In this document: in pieces, positions 50,380-62,029 of the stretch
Numbering within the stretch: the stretch's first letter is position 1
Layout: every line of letters starts with the position of its first letter
NCBI RefSeq assembly: GCF_964204645.1
Contig: NC_134034.1
Location: 5,864,914-5,928,913, forward strand
Origin: Tubulanus polymorphus
Lineage: Eukaryota > Animalia > Nemertea
DNA length: 64,000 nt
Reading direction: 5' to 3'
Program-made: the position numbers and the translations under genes
The notes under the pieces: model-generated
The model's database searches: none
What the model was told of the DNA's origin: nothing
What the model saw: only the letters and a program-made list of their open reading frames with translations

Positions 50380-50818
50380 ACTGCAGTTAGTTGCCAGGTA
50401 GTTTTCGGCGCATGAAAGCAACTGGCTGGATACAATCAGTTGCTCGAATTTGTCGATGTGAACGAGCTTACGACTGGTTAGCGTCCATCTATCTCCAGTT
50501 CCACCCAGTTGCTCATGTTCTACTTTTGAGCAACTAGTTGTACTCAGTTGCTCTCATATCCGTCGATGTGAGCGCTCCATAATCAACAACGCATGGTTGT
50601 AACTGACTAAAACAAAGCTATTTGTCATGTGACTTGTGATGCCCTCAAGAATATTTGCTAAACCACATCTCAGTTGCTGTCGATGTGTGCGCTATGGACC
50701 TAGCGACCGGCATGAGCCACGCAGTTGCTGGTTTTTACTAAATTTTCGATGTGCGCGGGGTACTCGCTCACTAGCAACTAGTTGTCTCCAGTCGCTTTGT
50801 CGATGTGCGCTAGGCTTA
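50380..50818. mobile_element. One-ended Harbinger-type MITE
   Basis: Five TCGATGTG and several CAGTTGC subterminal repeats ending GTCGATGTGCGCTAGGCT-TAA. Confidence 0.55.
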
Positions 50819-50845
50819 ACATTCCCTGGTTAGTGGATTCTCACC

Positions 50846-52770
50846 TTAAATTGCATAAACTCTGCTGTCGTTGTCATCATTCCGAGTCGTCAAGTGAACG
50901 CGGAAGTAAAATACCTTTCCACAGAAGCAATGGCTTTGTGATTTTTTGATTTTCGTTGATTGTTTCTTTTTTTCAATGGGTTTTCTGGTTTTATTAGCCA
51001 CCACACATTGCAGTGTTTTTCGCATATGTGCTAAAAATAAGGAGAAATAACTAAGGGGCCGTCCATAAAAGACATCCACGCTATAGGATGGAGGGGGGTT
51101 TGATTTTTTGGCCTTTTGTAGACAAGGTGATATGGATTTTATGTGGACATAGGGGCAGGGGGGGTCAAATTTTCCATATTTTGTGTGGACGTCTTTTATG
51201 GACAGCCCCTAACTAGGGGTCCAGGGACACCATGCCAACTTGAGAAGCAACTGGTGATATCCATATGATAAAAGCATAGCGTACCTATGAAACTAAATAA
51301 AATATATAATTCAATCTATGTTAAGTGACATATTCTTCAGTTATCATTCATTACCTTCTGGTTTAAGTTTTTTCGCTCGGAGTGCTATTGGCGAATTGAT
51401 AGCAAGTGCATCGAAACCTGTAAATATAAGATAAATACTAATGATAAATATGTATATAAATAACAGATGCGTAGTAATTAGAGAATTTTCATCTCTTTCT
51501 ACAAAACTATGCATCATTAGAGTACGGGTATGAGAACTTTCTTACCTAGATCCTGGGCATCATGTAAATCGGTAAAAATTCTGTCATCCACATTCTCGAC
51601 TGAAGTTTTTACTGTGTTGTTTTCTTCTTTGCTTTCGTCCAAATTCTCGACTGTAGTTATTACTGTGTTGTTGTTTTCTTTGCTTTCGTCCAAATTCTCG
51701 ACTGTAGTTATTACTGTGTTGTTGTTTTCTTTGCTTTCGTCCAAATTCTCGACTGTAGTTATTACTGTGTTGTTGTTTTCTTTGCTTTCGTCCAAATTCT
51801 CGACTGTAGTTATTACTGTGTTGTTGTTTTCTTTGCTTTCGTCCAAATTCTCGACTGTAGTTATTACTGTGTTGTTGTTTTCTTTGCTTTCGTCCAAATT
51901 CTCGACTGTAGTTATTACTGTGTTGTTTTCTTCATCTGCTGATATCTTATGACCAGTTGATTCTACAACATGAATGTACTTCATAATACATGTACTCAAA
52001 GATTTTTACTTTCCAAAAAGAAAGAAAAATAGAGGGAATATAAGAATTTACCAGCAATTCTTTTAAATAGGTCTTCAGGAACATTGTCTTTTGGTATAGT
52101 TGTTGCAGAAAGGGTTCTTCTATTAAATCTGGTTGTTCCTGTTGTTCCACCCATCAATTTTGCATCTTTGCGAAGCTGTGCCTGGGTGAAGCGAACATGA
52201 CTCTGACGATCCTTCATTATTTTGTAAAATTCCGTAATACGCACAGCTATTCCTGTATCCATTTGTTTTCCTCCAAAATGGCACGAAACCACTTTAATCA
52301 TAGAACTTATCTAGTAGTAAAGTACACGCCAAAATTAGCAAAAAAATACCAAAATACTACCAAAAACATATCAAAAATTTGTGTATATATGCATACCTTA
52401 TCTCTTGCCAGAGTGCCAAGCGCAATTTCTAAAACTTCCAAGAAGATGGAGTCATGGCACCTATCTTTCTTCAGCTGATGAGCAAAAACTCCTGATTTCA
52501 AGACTACATTCTCAAAATGTGCCATAATTTCCTCATCTGTTGCATTAAGTCCAATTGTATCTCTGAACTGCAAAAAGTCACAACTTATACATAACTGATT
52601 TTTTTAAAATGAATGATATCATCTTACATTTAATTCGATGAAATAATATTTCAATCATAGAATATGTTTTACTCACTTTCTTGGCATACGTCAATAGCAT
52701 TGCATAATCCTGATCACCATCCACGAGTGTACAAGCTTTCAGCTGAATTTGACCTTGACCCTTGACAGTG
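50846..52770 (-). CDS. Spliced gene of unknown function (5'-truncated), with a coding minisatellite and a C-terminal Zn-finger-like motif
   Basis: Exons ~52770-52677, 52567-52397, 52310-52052, 51962-51546, 51417-51355 and 51030-50846; five GT-AG introns with consistent phases (0,0,1,1,1) and no internal stop. Confidence 0.7.
51055..51209. mobile_element. 155-bp PIF/Harbinger-type MITE
   Basis: TIR GGGGCCGTCCATAAAAGAC.TCCAC / GTGGACGTCTTTTATGGACAGCCCC; TAA TSD. Confidence 0.85.
51580..51933 (-). repeat. 51-bp coding minisatellite, (ENNNTVITTVENLDESK)x6 plus one degenerate copy
   Basis: Near-identical in-frame units inside exon 51962-51546. Confidence 0.95.
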
Positions 52771-53836
52771 GCGTACGTGCGCGTCCTTAGTTACCGTGCG
52801 TGAACTTGCTGATTATATTTTTGCGCTGCGCTGTGTGTCATAATATGAATTTTCAATCATTGTTCTAAATCTTTAACAGATATTCATTCAGGAAATCTGT
52901 TTTTGTGGTTTTTAGATTGATAAAATCATATTTCATTATAAAAATACGCAGTGGTCCTCCTGGTGGTGATTTTCCTAAAATGGCCGCCGTCGGCGATGTT
53001 TTCAATAATTTTTGACGTCAAATTCAAAGATTTCACAGGATAACACTGGATTATGTGCATACGATATCATATTTGATATTGGCAACAGATGAAGGAAGAT
53101 AACGATGGCTTAATTGGTGTAAATGCGTACGATAGATGCTGTATTTGCCTCTGAAATGCAATATTTCTGTTCTATTTCCGGGTTCTCGAGTCGACTGACC
53201 AGCTGACAGTAAGTACTGCTGATACGTGTGTAGGCTTTTAGTTGACTTTGTAGCTTACCAAAACCACCTGAACCATTTCTTTACGCAAAATGATAAATAG
53301 GTATGGTAGATTCTCTTTGTATAATGGCAGATAATTCGACATTCAATAGTAAAATGATACTCGAAAGACCTCCTGTCCTGGAGGACTGGACCTGGTGTAG
53401 TAGCCGTAGGTCACCGCAGCTCCACAATACTAAAAAGTTCATGCTGATACTTTGAAATGAAAAGGCCTAATGCACCGAAGCTGTTTCGGCAGAATATGTG
53501 ACATGAATTTTTATCCGAATATAGGTCTATTGCAGACTGTACCAGGACTGAACTCAGATTGGCTATGCCGTAAAGACTTTCCAGTCGAAAATAAGTGGAC
53601 CAGAATTTCATGTTTTAAGAAAAGGATGGAATTCACCAACAGGAAAGATGATTTGGCTGATAATGTGGCTGTGGCCACAGTTATATCTCGGTAAGTCAAT
53701 ATCTCATAGGCCTACGAACAGACGTAAGCACGAAATTCTGATTTTTTAACCTCCCTGCCCCATGTACGAAGTAATAACTGGTAAGCAGATTATATCTTAA
53801 TTGTTTACTTTATTCGTATAGGACTATAGGCTACGG

Positions 53837-54260
53837 CTGACAGTAGAGCGAGCGGGAGGGAATAAACCCGAACATAACTCTATGGTTTAAAAACCATAAA
53901 GTTGCCCATTTCCCATCCACTTCTCTACTGTCAGACAAACAGATATATAGACAGACATAGACAGACATAGATAGACAGAATACATTAATAGTTAATAGAC
54001 TGACAGTAGAGCGAGCGGGAGGGAATAAACCCGAACATAACTCTATGGTTTAAAAACCATAAAGTTGCCCATTTCCCATCCACTTCTCTACTGTCAGACA
54101 AACAGATAGATAGACAGACAGACAGACATAGATAGACAGAATACATTAATAGTTAATAGACTGACAGTAGAGCGAGCGGGAGGGAATAAACCCGAACATA
54201 ACTCTATGGTTTAAAAACCATAAAGTTGCCCATTTCCCATCCACTTCTCTACTGTCAGAC
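53837..54260 (+). repeat. Head-to-tail array (~2.6 x 162 bp) of a hairpin plus (GACA)n Helitron/Helentron-like unit
   Basis: Units start at 53837, 54000 and 54161; each has CTGACAGTAGAG...CTCTACTGTCAG inverted ends, a central TATGGTTTAAAAACCATA palindrome and a (GACA/GATA)n tract. Confidence 0.85.
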
Positions 54261-54342
54261 ATCACGGTGAAAATATTACTATCACTCCGAAAATGCACAT
54301 AACAAAGTATAGGGCCTAGATGTTTGGTACTTGATTGAAAAT

Positions 54343-57036
54343 TTAGCTCTTACTACATTTTTGACATTTTCGTTCATTTTGTTTAGTTATAAAAAATCCA
54401 CCGCACAGACATTTGCGTGGAACAGTTTCGATACTTAGCGTTTTCGTAGTATATAGACCCTGATTAATGAAGATTAACTTGGTTCGTAGAATATTGTCCC
54501 TTATAGTGCAATAAACTCGTCCATCTTTATTGACACTAGCATGTTTAGATTCCAGTCCTTGTTCGCCAAACATGCCAATTGTCCTCCAGACACGAACAAA
54601 TTCTGGTACATGATAAATTAGCATGTGCATTTTCGGAGTGATGTTTGTGTCCGGAAACGCGTTCGGATACCACATACCGAAATCATCACAAAGCCTACCT
54701 AGTTCTTCAACTTCAGAATTTTCAAGGAAACGGTTTGCCGTATATAATGTATAGATTGAGTGAAATTTCTCAAACAAAAGTTGGAATAATGACTGAGTAG
54801 CTGGGTCAAATTCTAGTGCTTCACATAATTTACGCGGATTATTGATTCCTTTTGATTCATCGATTTTGAACATTTTATGGATATGATTGCCGACAAAACT
54901 ATTCGAATGGTAGGCCTGTCGATCAATACCAATCTCAGATAGGATATTGTTGAGTTTTTTTTGGGTCGGTCCTTGAATACTATTAATTTCTTTGAAAATT
55001 TCATTCAGAAGAGATTGTTCCGGGGCTATTTGTGTTTTCAAAGTTGAGATGTCTTTTTTTAGCTTTGTGATGATGATGTTTTGTTTTTTTATGATAGAAT
55101 CTGCTGATGGTTTGCGACCAGTAAAACATTCTATACACCTAAATTCATCAGGATTCGATACGCATTGTTTATGAAAGGGTAAGTTGCAATCTACGCAGTA
55201 TGTATATTCATTTGGGTTTGCATTTTCAATAGAGCGAATGAAGCAGATGGATGCCGTGCAGTCAATTACCGATGAACCTTTACGGTGGGAAATTTTCATG
55301 AGATTAAGTAATTGGCTGGATGATTCAAAAGACAATTGTTTCGATTCGATTTCTAGTCTTAATTTTGAAACTACTTCTGATTGGTCTTGCCATTTTTTGT
55401 TTAATTCAGGGTTCGATTCCCTTAAGTTTGTCTGGTCGTGTTCTTTGCACTTGTTTTCCATCATCTCAAAGAAACAGTGGCCTAATCCTAGGGAAATATG
55501 GAGAACTGGAGGAACGAGATGAAGCATGTCTGATGGTTTGAATAGCATTGATGATGAAATACTCAAGGTTTCTGGGCCGAATGATTGTGGTGATTTTGAT
55601 GAATTTTCGAGATATGATGCGATAGTACGGTTTTGATATGGATGGGAAGATGGATTGTGTGGTGTTCTGTTCTTTTTCCTAAGATCTTCAAGTTTTACTT
55701 GGCACCATAAACAGGGATAGGTAGCCGAGGGCCCCTGGTGACCCATGCAGTTACACAGATATGCATAATCCCCAATGAGGAACATCCTAACAGGCAAATC
55801 TAATTTTCTATTATCAATCATTGTTGATATAGTGATATCATTAGCATCGATTTCATCTTTGAAAATCCCGAATACCGTTCTCATATTCTCAACAATATCA
55901 GTGCCTTCAAAATAGCCAATCATTTCGCTGGCATCTGCACTGTTGTTCCCTTCCCCATTTATAACCGAGTATATCATTTTTGTACTACCCCCTCCCTTGT
56001 CAATACCCACTTTGACCCAAACTTCATTGTGAAAATTTGGATGAAAACTCATTTTCTTTCGGTCAGATAGATTTTGTACAGTTCTTTGAATTTGTAACTT
56101 CAAATTAGTCAGAGTTGCATGAGGAGCTGTCTTTTTTTCATGGGTTCTCGAATTAACTTCTAATTCTGTTTGGCCTACAGTGATATAGGGGGTGAAAGAT
56201 TTTCCCCTCTGCAAGATCTCTTGTCGGATTTTGTTTGCAGATGGAAAGATTGGCGTTCCATAGCTTTTTAGAACCCGTTTCAAGTCGAAAAGTCGTCTCA
56301 TCGGCAGACGCAGAGCAAGTTTTAATTCAACAGATTGCGATGCGGTTAATGGTTTGAGTAGATGTAATTGTTGAGAATGGTCTATTGCAGATTTAGATAA
56401 TTTGGGATTGTGTGATAGAAATGTTGAAAGCGTGATGCTGCTCTGATATGAATTGATTGGTTTAGCTGATATTGTGTCTAATACATTTTTCATTGTCAAT
56501 GCTCGAGCTTCTAGAGTTTGGGAACTTGCCGCTGATGATGGGACATTAGGGATGCTCAATTTGCAAAACTTTTCAGGGCGAGACTTCGTTAAGTGACGAG
56601 CATCGAAGATGCTATTCATATTTCCTCCGCATATTTCTAATAAGCTTTTATTTCTGATTAGAGATTCATATTGTTCGTATTGCAATATCTGATTTTGTAA
56701 CTCTTCTAATTTCTGATCTTTAATTTTGATTTGCTCTGCTAAATTTACATTTTCTGATTGCAAAACCAATTCCTCACTTTCTATCCGTCTCATTTTCGAC
56801 TCAAGTAGTTTGATCTTAATTTCTTGTTTATTTTCAGTTGCGGTGTTCTCCGTTTGACAGCTGCGATCCTCTTTGAAATGATAGGTCGGTACAGATGTTT
56901 CAACGTTGGTACTTGGTACATACATAACAGGGGACGTAAATGGAGTACTGGTAAATGGAGGCTGAATATTTGATTCTTTTTCGTCAAATGAAGTTTGCGA
57001 TTGAGGAGAAAACTGGCTAGACACACTTTCACTCAA
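54343..57036 (-). CDS. Intact Chapaev/Transib/RAG1-like DDE transposase with an inserted PHD finger
   Basis: 897 uninterrupted codons: KVGIDKGGG (D1), IGDY (D2), YPCLWC (ZnC2), PPVLHISLG, RQAYH..FVGNH, TPKMHMLIYH (ZnH2), GEQGLESKH (E); C4-H-C3 insert CTASIC..CVDC....H..C..CIEC; CACGGTG terminus at 54263, 80 bp past the stop. Confidence 0.85.
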   Translation of the reverse strand: MSESVSSQFSPQSQTSFDEKESNIQPPFTSTPFTSPVMYVPSTNVETSVPTYHFKEDRSCQTENTATENKQEIKIKLLESKMRRIESEELVLQSENVNLAEQIKIKDQKLEELQNQILQYEQYESLIRNKSLLEICGGNMNSIFDARHLTKSRPEKFCKLSIPNVPSSAASSQTLEARALTMKNVLDTISAKPINSYQSSITLSTFLSHNPKLSKSAIDHSQQLHLLKPLTASQSVELKLALRLPMRRLFDLKRVLKSYGTPIFPSANKIRQEILQRGKSFTPYITVGQTELEVNSRTHEKKTAPHATLTNLKLQIQRTVQNLSDRKKMSFHPNFHNEVWVKVGIDKGGGSTKMIYSVINGEGNNSADASEMIGYFEGTDIVENMRTVFGIFKDEIDANDITISTMIDNRKLDLPVRMFLIGDYAYLCNCMGHQGPSATYPCLWCQVKLEDLRKKNRTPHNPSSHPYQNRTIASYLENSSKSPQSFGPETLSISSSMLFKPSDMLHLVPPVLHISLGLGHCFFEMMENKCKEHDQTNLRESNPELNKKWQDQSEVVSKLRLEIESKQLSFESSSQLLNLMKISHRKGSSVIDCTASICFIRSIENANPNEYTYCVDCNLPFHKQCVSNPDEFRCIECFTGRKPSADSIIKKQNIIITKLKKDISTLKTQIAPEQSLLNEIFKEINSIQGPTQKKLNNILSEIGIDRQAYHSNSFVGNHIHKMFKIDESKGINNPRKLCEALEFDPATQSLFQLLFEKFHSIYTLYTANRFLENSEVEELGRLCDDFGMWYPNAFPDTNITPKMHMLIYHVPEFVRVWRTIGMFGEQGLESKHASVNKDGRVYCTIRDNILRTKLIFINQGLYTTKTLSIETVPRKCLCGGFFITKQNERKCQKCSKS

Positions 57037-58977
57037 TAGGCTCGTATTTCCCCATTTTGCATTTCCTATTGAATCAATAGATGGTAAAATACAATCAATT
57101 TCAATGAATTAATTTTCATGCATACGAGTCCCTTCATTTATAAACCAATGTCGATCATTATCAGTTGAAATAAAAGATCAATGGAAGTGTACATATGGTA
57201 CTAATTAATTTAGTTTTGTTGTTTTCTCATTAATCCATATATTCATAAATAGGAAGTATTAGTCACCAGTTAGTAAATATAATTCAACTTACCTAACCAT
57301 TTTTATCATAATTTCTTTCCATTTCAAATATAAGACCCACAATAACATTATACGTAGAACATTGTGTCTTTACACTTGCTAGGGTTCATTTGAGTTCTTA
57401 AGTTTGTAGTTAACAACAATCCAGAATAAATGCCAATGGAATAGTGGTGAGAGTTCTACCCTTTTTTTATTGTGGGTTGTTGTCACTCATAAACCCTCAA
57501 ATTCTCAGTCTCACTCACTGGCAGTCATCATAATATAATTACTTCACCTCCTTTTTCTGAACAATTCTTAAATATGAACATGTGCATTGTATACATTGTA
57601 AACCTGAGGCCTGTTTTCCAAGAATACATACGAGACTCGTATTAATGTTTCAATACTGATATTGGCTTAGGGGGGAATGGGTTAATAGGCACAACAGGAG
57701 TAGACTATACACGAAACACATTTATTTGAGAATTGCCATTTAAGATCTTCATGATCCCTAGATACTTTGATTCAGAGCATGTTTAGAAATCAGTTCCTTT
57801 TTGAAAAATAAATCAGAACTTAAAAAGTCAGAAAATATAATTATTGTTTTTATTCAATCAGAAAATAAACTTAATTTAAATAACAAATTCCAAAGTTTAT
57901 TTTTCACTCTCATTTGAATGCAGCTATAGATTATATTTTTAACAAATATACTTACAAATCAAAAATCGAAAATGTATACCTTATTCATGAATAACTAACT
58001 TGCCAGCAAAATGCAATGGGAACAGCCGAGGCATAGGCATGATTCATAGTTGGCATTTTGGGAGTGAAGAATGAAACTACTGGGACATAAAAAGAATTGT
58101 ATTGATATACGTACTTGCTTCGATCATTTTTTTTACTTTAGCTTTATTTTTCTTACTTTTCTGGTTGGACCCATAATAAAGCTTACGTTTGCCTTGACCA
58201 ACTTTCCTGTCAAAATTTTCTGCCATTCTGAAATTGAAATCATGCCAATTCAAGTAACAAAGTAACCGCTTATTTGTAAGCATGAGATGGTTTTTCAACT
58301 TAGCATACGAAATTAAATTGTTGGTTTACCTCACCTGACTAAATTAAAAATATGGCTAGACTGCAGTCTAAACGATATCAATATCAACACTTGCGGTTGG
58401 ACTCTTGACACTGCGAATCTGAAATTATAAACAAAAAACTACAGCTTAATCAAGGAATTTTTAACTTTTTGGTATAGACTGACACTGCGACTGCGAAAAA
58501 TCTGAAATTATAAACAAAAGTACAGCTTAATCAAGGAATTTTTAGCCCGAGGAGAACTTTTTAGTATGAAATACATTTTTCGGCCTACCTCACTAGACGA
58601 TATTGAAGGGCCCCACCCGACGGCAGCCTGCCACTGAAGGACCACGAAAAATCTGAAATTATTGAAGTTACATGCATGATTGATCAATTTTTTTATTTCA
58701 AAGTCCAAGAAAAAGTTTTCGATTTGAAAAATGACTGATTTTTGAGCCTACCTCACGAGACGATATCTTATTTTATGAGTACAGTAGGAATTTAAACGAC
58801 GAAAAATATCCTGAAAGAGAAAAGTGGATATTCGAACAGAAAGTCTAAAAGGGGACTACTATTTGATTTGGCTTTGCTTTTGGACATGAATCAGGCCTCT
58901 CTACTATTGAACATACGATTCAATATGAATTATCTCTCATGGATATCACTAAATTCGGTGTTCAAATGAGGCAAGGC

Positions 58978-59580
58978 CTATAAAGATAAAGATACTGCGA
59001 ATTTGAATGATGATCGAAATCGACTAAAACTTATTTCCGGGTTAGGAGCGACACGATTTCTCAGCGATACGGCGATTCTATCTAACTATCATTTTAAAGC
59101 AATAGAAGATGGACATTATGTACTGGTATATTTTCAACTACTCACCCGTACACAACATGAAACGATCTAAAATACTTTTGGATGGATAACTGCCAGTATC
59201 TGCGTAGTTCCATCGGCGTCATTTGAACCAATACCCCTGCTATTTCGTTGTTGCTCTCAACCAAGGCTCTCTCAAGGGTATGTGGGTGATACGCATCCCT
59301 TTCCTGAATAAACACTTTCCTAAAACATATATGAAAAACTAAATGAAAGATCATGTCCCGATAAATCCGATGAAAATCTGCAAAAATTTGCTTACACTTC
59401 ACGGTCTGGTTCATATGGAGAACAGAAATTCAAAATCATGCCGGAACCATCACTAGACGTTATGAGGCGAACGATTTCGAGAGAAAAATTAAATCCTTCT
59501 AGCCACTGTGTTCTACGTTTTTTTTCTGTATAATTTTCACGTACTCTGAATGCATCGCCAAATTCATTATTGCCAGCCAT
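58978..59580 (-). CDS. Candidate spliced orphan gene (~150 aa)
   Basis: ATG exon 59580-59396 (GTAAGC donor), exon 59319-59146 (GTGAGT donor), tentative exon 59077-58978; phases consistent; no recognisable domain. Confidence 0.45.
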
Positions 59581-60944
59581 CTCTAAAAAATAATGATAAT
59601 AATAATAAGTCTTTATTTCGTACAAAAAGTACAGACTGTAAGAGGAAAGATAAGAATACGAAAATGCAAAAATTCACATGAAGAACATTTTTACAGACTG
59701 AATAATTAAAGAACATAGATTCAAATATAAATGTAGGCTACATGACTTAATAGATACAGTAATAATTGATTAGGTCTTTTATCTCATTTTGGCTGAATAG
59801 AAAGTTAGGGGATGGATAGAACAGTACATAAACTAAGTCAATATATGCTGGGCTGCTTCAATATATTCAACTGTGGATGGTGAGAACTGGATATCAGGAA
59901 TACTGGTTTGGAATAGAAATCTGTTAAATTTGTATCTATTAGAAATATGATTTAAACTGCTACTGACAACTGCTATTGCCACAAAAACTTAATACTGGGT
60001 TATCGGAGTTAATACATGATTGAAGAAATTTCCAAAATCTACGATGCAATTTAACTTCAATGGGTTCATCATTACACAAAAGATATAGAATAAATAGCAA
60101 AATATATAGCATAAATATTTAGATGATATGTTATATATCATTTGCCATGTTACTGCAATTAAATTCTATATTCAATTATATATCATGATAATCTCTATGT
60201 ACTTACCCAGTAAAACAGTTAGAGCGTTCAGGATAATCTAAATGTACAATCTAAATTCTTAAAAATCCTTCTGTATAATCAATGATCCGCTAATACGAGT
60301 GTCTATTCGAAGTGATGATGATCGGTTTGCAATTCTCTGTCTACTGAAAGTTTTCAATAATGGTCCCACTTTATACAGTAAGTCCTTGAATATTATTGGT
60401 TCGAAGAAATGTAATATATCATTGTTCAGCTCATTTATTAATTCAAATATTAGTGTACTAATTGGACAAGTGGTGCCTCAATGACACACCTGTTAGACAT
60501 AATTAAAAACTAGTCTTTTAAATTAGATTAGGCATAAATCAATGCCAATTAATCTAATGTAATGAGAGACACCCTCACTCTTATTTCAGGATTAACGAAT
60601 TTATGCCATCTGGCAAAATTTCAAATTTGCAAGAGGTGCCAGTCGATTCAAATATATGAAACTTTTGAAAAATAAAGAAAATTCTATACGCAATTTTAAC
60701 AGTCGAATACGCAATGCAGATTCTTTTATGAAGAGGTACATTTCCATTTCAATTTTCTTCGTCTTGGCCTTCATGAAGATCACATGCTCATTAAGGAGAT
60801 CCTGTTGTGTAAATCTTCTTCCCTTCGCTTTGCTTTCTGGAATGAGAAATGAATTTATGATTGTGCGTTGTTTGGATTGACTAGACGTTTTATGAAACAT
60901 TGAAACATCCGACAGTGTTTAGATTCAATCAACGAGCATACAAT

Positions 60945-62025
60945 ATCATATCATATCATTATTTACCAACAAAGAAGGCCATAGGCCCATGTACAGACAG
61001 CCTCATTATTTTAGAGTCTTAATGTCCTTTCTGATATAAGTACCTACTTAAACTACCTCTCTTTGCTGTTCATTATGAGGGTGCCGCTATATAAAATAAG
61101 TCTTACGTAACGTTTCAAAGATTTGTCTAAAATTTTCTATAAAAATAGTTTTTTCGTGTTGCTGTTGAAAATACTAGTGCTCTCTGTATCTATTTCTACG
61201 CGCTTTTAAGTTTTCCTGATTGTACTGTGGTGTGGATGGCAAAGATATGGCTGTAGAATTAGACTCCTCGGCTGAAGAGCCGCCGTTGTTTCACTTGCGT
61301 TAATGTCAATCCATTCATCATCTGACGTAACGTCTGGTTGATACCTGACATCATTTCTCAATATATTCTTTATTCCTAGCTTTTCGGTACCAATTTTCAG
61401 TTCGTTAGTACTACCTTCCTCATCTCTCAGACTTTTGTTGGTGATATGACATGCCTCTCTACCACATTTTTTGTTGTTTGTATTGGCGTCTTTGTTCTTG
61501 TGTCCAATTCGGAGTTATTCCTATCTTAAATTCACAATCCTTGCGTTTGCGTAGTTTAAAGAATGCCTGCAAAATTCCTTCTTTTTCTGTGGTGCTAAAA
61601 ATCACCCGTAAAGGTCTTGGGGTACCATGGTCTTTGCGTTAACCTAACAGTGTTATATGCCGGGGTTTGTGGATTTTTCCTTCAAGTCCTAATACTTTTA
61701 TTATGTCTTATATGATATTCAATTAGAGTTTTCTTGATCGATACTGTTAGTAATTTAAGGTCCCTTCGCATTGTGTATTATGATGTGTGTTTTTCGCTTG
61801 TCTCTTTCTTCTAAATCTCGTTTGAATTTTTCTAATTGCTCGATCCAATCAATTTCTATGCATGTTTTTAATTTCGTCAAAGATGATATGAGACAAGTCC
61901 TCAGCAATAACAGTTTGACGCAGATCTAATTCTACTTGTTATGAGACGTACTTTTTACGAGCTGAGAATTTGCTTTAAGTTTATCTTCCAGTGGTTTTGG
62001 TCCATGTTTCAACTCCGATATTTCA
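60945..62025 (-). mobile_element. Internally deleted, decayed CR1-type LINE
   Basis: ORF1 motifs LEERDKRKTHIIIHN, RPLRVIF and GITPNWTQEQR; EN remnant VGTYIRKDIK; (ATATG)n tail at about 60945-60960. Confidence 0.6.
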
Positions 62026-62029
62026 TGGC

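Noticed and set aside
51530-51952. 140-aa hydrophobic + strand ORF as a membrane protein
   Set aside because: Antisense reading of the 51-bp minisatellite; splice signals support the minus strand.
53340-53700. Overlapping short ORFs with a + strand GTAAGT donor at 53691
   Set aside because: No consistent frame or domain could be assigned.
54263-54310. True RSS or ProtoRAG (RAG1L-RAG2L) transposon
   Set aside because: Only a heptamer-like 7-mer; no nonamer at 12 or 23 bp, no room for a convergent RAG2L, no partner TIR in the window.
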